Positions 8,651 to 15,345 of a stretch of DNA of 19,518 nucleotides are shown here, in pieces. Made by a program: the position numbers and the translations under genes. The notes below the pieces were generated by a model. It searched no databases. It had not been told where the DNA came from and was given only the letters and a program-made list of their open reading frames with translations. Every line of letters begins with the position of its first letter. Positions within the stretch are counted from its first letter, which is position 1. This stretch comes from a virus (taxonomy: Duplodnaviria; Heunggongvirae; Uroviricota; Caudoviricetes), in the IMG/VR virus record IMGVR_UViG_2541047681_000004, one strand, 5' to 3'.

Positions 8651-9544
8651 ATGAGTGGTGATGTGAGAAATTATCGTATTGAGTTTCATCAGCTATCGTT
8701 TAAGGCCACAGATCAGCTGGCAAATCTCGGAGATGCTTTTCAATCTGTAATTGATAAACAGAGCCCTTCCTCTTCAAACCATGAGGGTTTTACTAGAGAA
8801 ATTTGGGGGTTGAAAAAACGCGCGGATGGTTCTTTTAGTGGAGAGTTGAGAAAATTTCGCAACTCGAACATTCCGGATAAAGGTGCACCAGGGAAACAGT
8901 CTACCCCTATTCCACTTGCCAAGGATGAAGGGATCATTGAGCGCAATTTCTTTGTATTCTATCCTCGAATCAATGTTATAGGTTGGCACTATAATCATAT
9001 GGCTTGTGGTATAAGCCGTTTTAGTGCATTTCTTTCAACTATCTTTGGTTCAAAGGTTAAGCCCGCACCTTTGCTGGAAAAAGATGCAATCGCTAGGCTT
9101 ATGAGAGGAGATGTCAAAATGAAAAAAATCCAGTTGACGATTCCTCGCCCCCGTAATCCTGAGTTTTACCCTGATACTGATTTCAGTCAAAAGACACTAC
9201 AACTGCTTGGTGATGCAGGTGCCGATACAATGCAAATTGTAATGGGGATTAATACTCGCCGTGGCGATAGTGATGGTAGGCTTAAGCAGAATATAAAATT
9301 TGCTATGCAAGAGTTAGTCGAGTTTGGGGCGAAAAAGGCTGTAATTGATGTGTTCGATGCTGATGGTGTTGTCCATCCTGTGGATTTGATTGCCGAGCGT
9401 ATTTCGTCCTATCAATCGGTAGTTACTGACGCTCGTTTCCCTCCAGCCGAAACCATGTACCGTCTAATCGATACTGCGTATGCTGAAAACCGGGAGAGTA
9501 TCAATGCATATATTGGAGAAGATGAACTCGGCCCTATTGCTTAG
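8651..9544 (+). CDS. unknown soluble protein, 297 aa; candidate RexA-like component of a repressor-linked exclusion module
   Basis: AAGGA 9 nt upstream. No hydrophobic segments. AT-rich codon usage unlike the flanking phage genes. Sits directly after the CI-type repressor on the same strand. Function is inferred from context only. Confidence 0.6.
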   Translation: MSGDVRNYRIEFHQLSFKATDQLANLGDAFQSVIDKQSPSSSNHEGFTREIWGLKKRADGSFSGELRKFRNSNIPDKGAPGKQSTPIPLAKDEGIIERNFFVFYPRINVIGWHYNHMACGISRFSAFLSTIFGSKVKPAPLLEKDAIARLMRGDVKMKKIQLTIPRPRNPEFYPDTDFSQKTLQLLGDAGADTMQIVMGINTRRGDSDGRLKQNIKFAMQELVEFGAKKAVIDVFDADGVVHPVDLIAERISSYQSVVTDARFPPAETMYRLIDTAYAENRESINAYIGEDELGPIA

Positions 9545-9941
9545 TTTATTGATTGGATGTGGGATTGGTTTTCTCTACTGGTTCAAGTTGCCCCATATGC
9601 CAGTAGCCGCAATCCCAAACTTCATGACTACATTGTCCAGTGTCTTTGCAACGTTGTTAGGTTTTATTATTACAGCAATTGCACTACTTGCATCATTGCT
9701 TGATAAACCGTTACTTAAAAACATGCAAAAAACCGGACATTACAAGCGTCTGATGACCGATGCATTCTACACTTGCTTAGTTTTGCTAGTGTTGGTGTTG
9801 ACATGTTTGATTGGGTTGATGCTGCAAAGTAAGCATCAAGAGATTGTAGCCGCTATTCTCATTGGGCTTGTTGTTATGTCTATGTTGTGTTTATTACAAA
9901 CAGGTAGGCGATTATTCAATATAATCAAAGTGATATCATAA
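9504..9941 (+). CDS. small polytopic membrane protein, ~145 aa, 4 predicted TM helices; candidate RexB-like partner
   Basis: GGGAGAG 5 nt upstream of ATG 9504; start overlaps the upstream gene by 41 nt. Four hydrophobic segments (ALLLSLLIGCGIGFLYWF, LSSVFATLLGFIITAIALLASLL, AFYTCLVLLVLVLTCLIGLML, IVAAILIGLVVMSMLCLL). Alternative start ATG 9522. Confidence 0.6.
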   Translation: MHILEKMNSALLLSLLIGCGIGFLYWFKLPHMPVAAIPNFMTTLSSVFATLLGFIITAIALLASLLDKPLLKNMQKTGHYKRLMTDAFYTCLVLLVLVLTCLIGLMLQSKHQEIVAAILIGLVVMSMLCLLQTGRRLFNIIKVIS

Positions 9942-9965
9942 CAATGCACCATCAGGTGCATTGTT
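9940..9965. terminator. perfect 11-bp hairpin between convergent genes (candidate bidirectional terminator)
   Basis: AACAATGCACC-atca-GGTGCATTGTT; begins at the membrane-protein stop and lies 29 nt from the dam stop on the other strand. No long U tract, so intrinsic termination is uncertain. Confidence 0.4.
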
Positions 9966-9993
9966 ATGCAAGACTACTTACCTCCTTCTGAGC

Positions 9994-10761
9994 CTACTCT
10001 AAATTACTTACAATAAGTTCGCGCCGTAGTGTTCCCTTTCCTGCAAGACTGTAGTTGACCTTCACACAGTGAATGTTCAGACCGTTAAAAACCTGCCGCA
10101 TTTCCGGGATATCGTTGACCGATATAATCATCTTTCCTCTGATGCACCGGGCCAGCTCTGCCAGCCGCGAGTAGTTCCCTTCAGGAAAATCCACACCATA
10201 GCCTTCCGTACCCAGGTACGGTGGGTCGCAGTAGAACAGCGTGTGCGGACGATCATAACGCTCAATGCACTGTTGCCAGTCCATGTGTTCTATGACTGTT
10301 CTGGAAAGCCGCAGGTGTGCCGCTGACAGTTCTTCTTCAATACGCAGCAGGTTGAAGCGTGGCGGGGATGTGGTGGAGGTACCGAAGCTGTGCTCTGCCA
10401 CCTTGCCGCCAAACGCCTGCTTCTGAAGGTAGTAAAACCGTGCCGCACGCTGGATATCCGTCAGTGTTTCTTCCGGGGTGATCTGCAGCCATTTGTAGAT
10501 CTGACGGCTGACCAGCGCCCATTTGAACTGGCGGACAAATTCTTCCAGGTGATGCTTTACCACCCGGTACAGATTCACCAGTTCACCGTTGATATCATTG
10601 ATGACTTCGATCTTGCCGGGTGTCTTAAGAAAATAGAGCGCTGCTGCCCCACAAAACGGCTCCACATAACATTCATGCGCCGGAAACAGCGGCAGGATGT
10701 GTTTTGCAAGGCGGCGTTTGCCACCAATCCATGGAACGATGGGTAATGTCTGCATTTTCAT
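9994..10761 (-). CDS. DNA N6-adenine methyltransferase (Dam-like), 255 aa
   Basis: Motif I-like FCGAAA and catalytic DPPY (FYCDPPYLGTEGYG) in the order seen in Dam-family enzymes. No restriction endonuclease partner visible. Confidence 0.8.
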   Translation of the reverse strand: MKMQTLPIVPWIGGKRRLAKHILPLFPAHECYVEPFCGAAALYFLKTPGKIEVINDINGELVNLYRVVKHHLEEFVRQFKWALVSRQIYKWLQITPEETLTDIQRAARFYYLQKQAFGGKVAEHSFGTSTTSPPRFNLLRIEEELSAAHLRLSRTVIEHMDWQQCIERYDRPHTLFYCDPPYLGTEGYGVDFPEGNYSRLAELARCIRGKMIISVNDIPEMRQVFNGLNIHCVKVNYSLAGKGTLRRELIVSNLE

Positions 10762-10830
10762 AATCTGTAAGCCTTTTACAATTATAAAAAATATGGCAGG
10801 CTAGTCTGGTCTCGCGAGACTGACTGAACC
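10762..10830 (-). promoter_or_regulatory. putative dam promoter with upstream 12-bp palindrome
   Basis: On the minus strand a consensus TATAAT (RC of 10781-10786) lies ~20 nt upstream of the dam ATG. Perfect palindrome GTCTCGCGAGAC at 10809-10820 just upstream. Confidence 0.3.
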
Positions 10831-10866
10831 TTGGTCGGCTCACAGCGCATTCCTGTGGGGCGATGG

Positions 10867-10894
10867 CCAGCCCGGTGTTCGGGTACCGGGCTGG
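10867..10894 (+). other. GC-rich hairpin (9-bp stem, 10-nt loop)
   Basis: CCAGCCCGG-tgttcgggta-CCGGGCTGG, followed on the plus strand by TCGTTCTTTC. Lies in the 190-bp gap between dam and the 71-aa ORF; could be a terminator-like or regulatory structure. Confidence 0.3.
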
Positions 10895-10950
10895 TCGTTC
10901 TTTCATGATGCGGCAGGGATGGCGGGATTTCTGTTAATGTGGTTTAGGGA

Positions 10951-11166
10951 TTATCCGGGGCGATTTTCTGACCTTATCCGGTCCAGGGCATAAGTAATAC
11001 CTTCTGCAAAAACAGAAGTATCAAACTGCTTTTGTATTCCCTGAAAATGAAAAGCGGCACGACAGACACTCAGTTCTCCGCGGTATAACCGGATAATATC
11101 TTCCAGAACATTGTTCACTGCTTCAGCACGGCGCTGATGTTCTGTTAACGTTAATCGGGGATTCAT
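10951..11166 (-). CDS. hypothetical protein, 71 aa
   Basis: Strong AAGGAG 6 nt upstream of the ATG (RC of 11173-11178). No family recognised. Confidence 0.4.
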   Translation of the reverse strand: MNPRLTLTEHQRRAEAVNNVLEDIIRLYRGELSVCRAAFHFQGIQKQFDTSVFAEGITYALDRIRSENRPG

Positions 11167-11167
11167 G

Positions 11168-11569
11168 ATGCACTCCTTAAATGATGATTTTTATGTACTC
11201 ACCGGCAAAATATTCTGCCGATTACTGAACACGCATCCGGCACCTCAGGTTTTGATTTATTCTGGTTTTTTCGATATCCCGGACCAGGTTGATCACGACC
11301 AGAAAAAGTGCCGGTGTTTTATTGATACGCTGATATGGCTTCGGGATAACAGCTATATTCGTTACTCTCAGTTGCTGGCTGTGGGAGCGGCTGATGTCGT
11401 CCTCACGGAAAAAACGCTCTGTCTGCTCAATGCCATGCCGACCTTTCTGCAGCCCCGGCCCGTACCATTTAAAGAGTCACTTCTGGATGCAGTAAAAACC
11501 GGTGAAAATGCAGTCATCGCTGAATGCGTATCCCGGATTATGCGTTACGTGTTTAATGAACGTAAGTGA
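11168..11569 (+). CDS. hypothetical protein, ~133 aa
   Basis: GGGGA 6 nt upstream of ATG 11168 (track start 11165). Its 5' end is back-to-back with the 71-aa ORF and its 3' end overlaps the convergent NTPase gene by 25 nt. No family recognised. Confidence 0.35.
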   Translation: MHSLNDDFYVLTGKIFCRLLNTHPAPQVLIYSGFFDIPDQVDHDQKKCRCFIDTLIWLRDNSYIRYSQLLAVGAADVVLTEKTLCLLNAMPTFLQPRPVPFKESLLDAVKTGENAVIAECVSRIMRYVFNERK

Positions 11570-12273
11570 GGTTTATCCGCTGTCTGCATAATCCCGATAG
11601 CCAGTGCGAGGGGAAGTAATTCCGGGGAAACTCTTTCAAACAGCGATGCCCATTCTCCTCTCGCCATCACTCTGTCCAGCCCGCCCCCCAACTGCATTTC
11701 AGCAATCTTCCTGATTTCCCGGAACAACGCCGCTTTGATCTCTTCATGCTCAGCTTTATTTTCCGGTGTCAGAAGGTATTCGTCGAAGAACCGGGGAGGC
11801 TGGTTAATCGGGATGTGTTCCTGTTTGCCGTACTTCGGGGACGAACAACATTCTGTTGACTGACCAGTGAGTTTACGTAACTCCTTCATGAGCAGCTCCT
11901 GATCGTAAACTGTCATCAGTGCCGCAATGGTGGCATGCAGTGCATCGGGCAGTATCCAGGGTTGCCGGCCCGTGGGGCATATAACATCCAGCAGCTCATT
12001 CGTCCGACAGATACGCTCCTCGCCGTATGACAACAGGCCCTGTCCCGTGTATTCCTCCAGCCTGATCACTGTGCCAGCCCGTGGTTTCTGCCATGTGCTC
12101 AGATCATCCCCACTCATACGGCGCTCACCGTCCACGTCTGCGGCGTCGACAATGACGCTGTTTCCGAATTCCTGTTTCACCACTTCCTCTATCCGCGCCA
12201 ATATGTAACTTTTACCGCTGCCCACAGGACCGGACACGGTGACAGTGATGACCGGATTCAGTGTCTGCGTCAT
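11545..12273 (-). CDS. P-loop NTPase-domain protein, 242 aa
   Basis: Walker A GPVGSGKS near the N-terminus. GAGGAG 8 nt upstream. Divergent from the late lysis operon. C-terminal half unrecognised. Confidence 0.6.
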   Translation of the reverse strand: MTQTLNPVITVTVSGPVGSGKSYILARIEEVVKQEFGNSVIVDAADVDGERRMSGDDLSTWQKPRAGTVIRLEEYTGQGLLSYGEERICRTNELLDVICPTGRQPWILPDALHATIAALMTVYDQELLMKELRKLTGQSTECCSSPKYGKQEHIPINQPPRFFDEYLLTPENKAEHEEIKAALFREIRKIAEMQLGGGLDRVMARGEWASLFERVSPELLPLALAIGIMQTADKPHLRSLNT

Positions 12274-12403
12274 ATCGTATTCTCCTCTGTGAATAATTCA
12301 TCGTTTATCCTGCACATCCCGTATCCCCGGCTCTCTTAACGCGCTTTAAAATCCTTCGCGCCCTGTATTTGTGATGCTGTCTCCACCAGATAAGGAGACA
12401 CAC
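12274..12403. promoter_or_regulatory. divergent promoter region (NTPase gene leftward, late lysis/packaging operon rightward)
   Basis: 130-bp gap between divergently oriented genes that both have strong ribosome-binding sites. By analogy with Mu, the rightward late promoter may depend on the Mor-like activator. No motif assigned. Confidence 0.3.
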
Positions 12404-12754
12404 ATGAAAAACCTGAAAAAATTCATTCCCCCTGTTAAAAAACCTCGCCTCAGCGGCTGGCTGCTGACCTCAGTGCTGTTGCTGGGCATCATCGCTCTGG
12501 TCTCGCCACAGCAGTTGCCTGTTGTGATCTACAAGCTGGCACTCATCACGCTGGCAGCAGTGCTGGGGTACTGGCTTGACCGTTCGCTCTTCCCCAAAGC
12601 CCGTCCCGGTCAGTACCTGAAACATGAAGACAGGCTGATGGCTGAAGGGCGTTTCCCGGTGCAGACCGGCCTTCACCTTGTATTTTCTGCTGCGTTAATC
12701 CGCCGTGCACTGATTGTTGCAGCTGTCTGTCTGGCTGTTGCGATGGGGCTTTAA
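12404..12754 (+). CDS. putative holin, ~116 aa, 3 hydrophobic helices
   Basis: AAGGAG 6 nt upstream of ATG 12404 (track ORF begins at GTG 12371). Three hydrophobic segments, positioned immediately upstream of the endolysin. Confidence 0.5.
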   Translation: MKNLKKFIPPVKKPRLSGWLLTSVLLLGIIALVSPQQLPVVIYKLALITLAAVLGYWLDRSLFPKARPGQYLKHEDRLMAEGRFPVQTGLHLVFSAALIRRALIVAAVCLAVAMGL

Positions 12755-12756
12755 TC

Positions 12757-13497
12757 ATGAACTGGCCGCAGATCACCTGGATTGTATGCATGTCCCTGAA
12801 ACTGGCTTTCGAAGCCTTTCGGGTCTTCATCAGAACCGAACGCCTGTCAGTCCGCGCCGGGACCTTTCTGGTTCATATGGCATGGGTATTCTTTGTCGCA
12901 ATGTTGCTCTGGTGTGGCGGCTTTTTCAGCCAGGCATGCGCAGCGCAGCCTCCGCAGGTTGCGCTGCAGTATCGCGATGATGTGATCCGTAATGCCCGGC
13001 TTGAATGGGGACTGTCTGCGCCGGTGGCCGACTTCGCCGCGCAGCTGCATCAGGAAAGCGGCTGGCGACCTGATGCGATCTCGCCGGCTGGCGCTCAGGG
13101 ACTGGCGCAGTTCATGCCTGCCACTGCCGACTGGATAAGCCAGTTGATACCGATGCTGAGCAGTCGTGAGCCGTTTAATCCGGCATGGGCTATCCGGGCG
13201 CTGGTCAGCTATGACCGCTGGCTGTGGCAGCGTGTCAGCGCCGCCAGTGACTGCGAGCGTATGGCCATGACGCTGTCGGGCTATAACGGTGGTCTGGGCT
13301 GGGTACAGCGGGACAGACGGCTGGCCTCACAGCAGGGGCTGGACAGCACCCGCTGGTTCGGACATGTCGCCACGGTGAATGCCGGACGCAATGCGGCCAG
13401 CTGGCGGGAGAACCGCCATTATCCGCAGCGCATCCTGCGCGAACTGGCACCGCGATATCTCACATGGGGAGGCAGCAGTTGTGTGGCATCTGGTTAA
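12757..13497 (+). CDS. lytic transglycosylase endolysin (SLT domain) with N-terminal hydrophobic anchor/signal, 246 aa
   Basis: SLT signature QESGWRP ... AQGLAQFMPATA. N-terminal hydrophobic stretch VHMAWVFFVAMLLWCGGFF, consistent with a signal-anchor-release or secreted endolysin. Start adjoins the holin stop. Confidence 0.8.
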   Translation: MNWPQITWIVCMSLKLAFEAFRVFIRTERLSVRAGTFLVHMAWVFFVAMLLWCGGFFSQACAAQPPQVALQYRDDVIRNARLEWGLSAPVADFAAQLHQESGWRPDAISPAGAQGLAQFMPATADWISQLIPMLSSREPFNPAWAIRALVSYDRWLWQRVSAASDCERMAMTLSGYNGGLGWVQRDRRLASQQGLDSTRWFGHVATVNAGRNAASWRENRHYPQRILRELAPRYLTWGGSSCVASG

Positions 13498-14131
13498 AAA
13501 GCTGCCGTGGCGCGGCATTCTGCTGGCCATTCTTATCAATGCCTTTCTGGTCGGCCTGTATGCCATGGGATACAGAAGTGGTCATGACTCTGCAAAGCGT
13601 GACGGTGATACCGCGCTCAGTCAGTTGCAGTCAGCGTTCGACGCGTACAAAACGGAGCAGGCAACGCTTGAGAATGCTGCGCTGCGGGCCTGGGCCAGAC
13701 GGTATCAGGAGCAGGTGGCCGCCGGGCAGCGGGCTGAAGCCGGTTATCTTGAGCAGATTGCTCAACTGGAGAGCCGGAATAAACAACTACAGGGGCAAAT
13801 TAACGATGTCACACAGCGCTGGATTGATGAAAAAGGTAAGAGCCATCCCATTGAGTGCGTGTTTACTCGCGGTTTCGTGCGCCAGTACAACGCCGCACTC
13901 GGATATGACAACGCATCCGTCGACACCGGTCATTCAGACTCAGTTGCCGCCGCTGGCACCCGCTCTGGCACAGCGACCGGGCAACCTGAAACCACTGACA
14001 CCCGGTTACGCGATTCGGGTGTCTCCCAGCGTGACGTTCTCGCCAACATCATCGACAACGCAGGACAATGTCGTCGCTGGCGGAACCAGATAAACGCGTT
14101 ACTGGATGAACGGGAAGGATTACAGAAATGA
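13481..14131 (+). CDS. i-spanin (Rz-like), ~216 aa
   Basis: GTG 13481 with GGGGAGG 8 nt upstream. N-terminal TM (WRGILLAILINAFLVGLYAMGY) followed by coiled-coil sequence. The track ORF start at 13379 lies inside the endolysin. Confidence 0.55.
   Translation: MWHLVKKLPWRGILLAILINAFLVGLYAMGYRSGHDSAKRDGDTALSQLQSAFDAYKTEQATLENAALRAWARRYQEQVAAGQRAEAGYLEQIAQLESRNKQLQGQINDVTQRWIDEKGKSHPIECVFTRGFVRQYNAALGYDNASVDTGHSDSVAAAGTRSGTATGQPETTDTRLRDSGVSQRDVLANIIDNAGQCRRWRNQINALLDEREGLQK
13827..14093 (+). CDS. o-spanin (Rz1-like lipoprotein), 88 aa, nested in the +1 frame of the i-spanin gene
   Basis: MKKVRAIPLSACLLAVSCAS signal/lipobox-like N-terminus followed by a Pro/Thr/Ser-rich body, nested entirely within the Rz-like gene. 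Alternative start ATG 13806. Confidence 0.55.
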   Translation: MKKVRAIPLSACLLAVSCASTTPHSDMTTHPSTPVIQTQLPPLAPALAQRPGNLKPLTPGYAIRVSPSVTFSPTSSTTQDNVVAGGTR

Positions 14132-14454
14132 CACTGCAGGTTGAATTCTGGACGGTGGTGAGTTTTCTGCTCACCTTCATGGGGTTTGTGGGAGGGCTCG
14201 CCAAATGGTTGTTCAGTAAAACAGAAGAACGCCAGGCGGCACGATTCGCCTCCCTTGAACAGGCCCTGCAACAATCCGCCTCCAACTGGGGCGAGCTGGA
14301 AAAAGAATTTATGCGATTTAAAGCGGATTTACCGCTGAATTATGTCCGTCGAGAGGATTATATCCGTGGCCAGACAGTCATTGAGGCCAAACTGGACGCG
14401 CTTTATAACAAACTGGAAGTGGTACAGCAGTACCGCAATACCGGAGGTCAATAA
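14128..14454 (+). CDS. DUF2730-like small membrane-anchored phage protein, 108 aa
   Basis: N-terminal TM helix then coiled-coil; a common Mu-like late gene in this position. Start overlaps the Rz stop (ATGA). Confidence 0.5.
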   Translation: MTLQVEFWTVVSFLLTFMGFVGGLAKWLFSKTEERQAARFASLEQALQQSASNWGELEKEFMRFKADLPLNYVRREDYIRGQTVIEAKLDALYNKLEVVQQYRNTGGQ

Positions 14455-14765
14455 TGGTCGATATTACCCGGGTACGCCGCGAATCCCTGCGCTGGAGTCT
14501 GCTGGTTGCCCTGAACAAGACCCGCCCTTACACCGCCAGCGAGACGCTGCTGCTGGATGTGTCCCGTGCCATCTACCCGGACACCACACCGCTGGAACTG
14601 CGACGCGAACTGGATTATCTGGCTGACCGTAAAATGGTTGATCTGGAGAAAAAACCTTCTGGCGACTGGTTTGCTGACCTGACCCGCCTCGGCGTAGACC
14701 TGGTGGAATACACCGTGGAATGTGGTCCGGGTATTGCCCGCCCGGAAAAGTACTGGAGTGAATAA
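14454..14765 (+). CDS. conserved hypothetical late protein, 103 aa
   Basis: Coupled start (TAATG overlap at 14452-14456), located between the lysis and packaging genes. No family recognised. Confidence 0.5.
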   Translation: MVDITRVRRESLRWSLLVALNKTRPYTASETLLLDVSRAIYPDTTPLELRRELDYLADRKMVDLEKKPSGDWFADLTRLGVDLVEYTVECGPGIARPEKYWSE

Positions 14766-15268
14766 TGGCCAGACGCAGCACAATAGAAAAGCTGCCGGAA
14801 GATGTGCGCCGCTGGCTTGAACGGGCGCTGACTGAATCCGGCTTCAGCGGGTATAACGAGTTGGAGTCCCTGCTGCGTGAGCGGGGGTACGTCATCAGCA
14901 AATCCGCTATCCATCGCTATGGACAGAAGATTGAGCGCCGCTATGGTGCTATCCGTGCGGCAACAGAAGCGGCCCGCATGCTGACCGAAGGCGCAGCAGA
15001 CGATCAGGATGCGCGTTCGGAGGCTGTGATAGCCCTTATTCAGACCGAGCTGTTCGAGAGTATTGTCCAGTTGCAGGAGGCGGAAGAAGGCGAAGTCGAT
15101 CCTAAAGAACGCGTGGCCCTGCTGTCGAAGGTGGCGAAGAATGTGGCTACGCTGTCCCGCGCGTCCGTCAACCTCAAAAAGTTCCAGTCTGAAGTACGGG
15201 CCAGAGCGCAGCAGGCAGCCAGCAACGCCGAGAAAATTGCCCGTAAGGGGGGTATGAGACGACAATAA
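14765..15268 (+). CDS. small terminase subunit-like protein (Mu gp27/DUF3486-like), 167 aa
   Basis: Size, helical/charged composition and position immediately upstream of terL (before the IS) fit Mu gp27-type proteins. Coupled start (TAATG). Confidence 0.55.
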   Translation: MARRSTIEKLPEDVRRWLERALTESGFSGYNELESLLRERGYVISKSAIHRYGQKIERRYGAIRAATEAARMLTEGAADDQDARSEAVIALIQTELFESIVQLQEAEEGEVDPKERVALLSKVAKNVATLSRASVNLKKFQSEVRARAQQAASNAEKIARKGGMRRQ

Positions 15269-15345
15269 CTCAGTCCGCCTGGCGCCGATTATTCTGGCCG
15301 GTTTTGTAACCTGAGTGTCATTTACATGATCCAACAGGAAATGGC

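Noticed and set aside
10673-10906. 77-aa minus-strand ORF spanning the dam 5' end and the intergenic spacer
   Set aside because: It overlaps the dam start and the palindrome/promoter region and has no ribosome-binding site; more likely non-coding regulatory DNA.
13464-14093. 209-aa ORF in the alternative frame of the Rz-like gene
   Set aside because: Only its C-terminal 88 codons (from ATG 13827) form a plausible lipoprotein o-spanin; the upstream part overlaps the endolysin and Rz frames and is not protein-like.
14615-15334. 239-aa minus-strand ORF (and 15673-16365, 17747-19039) antisense to late genes, istA and terL
   Set aside because: Antisense to genes with clear family signatures (terS-like, IstA, TerL); translations are Arg/Gly/Cys-rich and lack start context.
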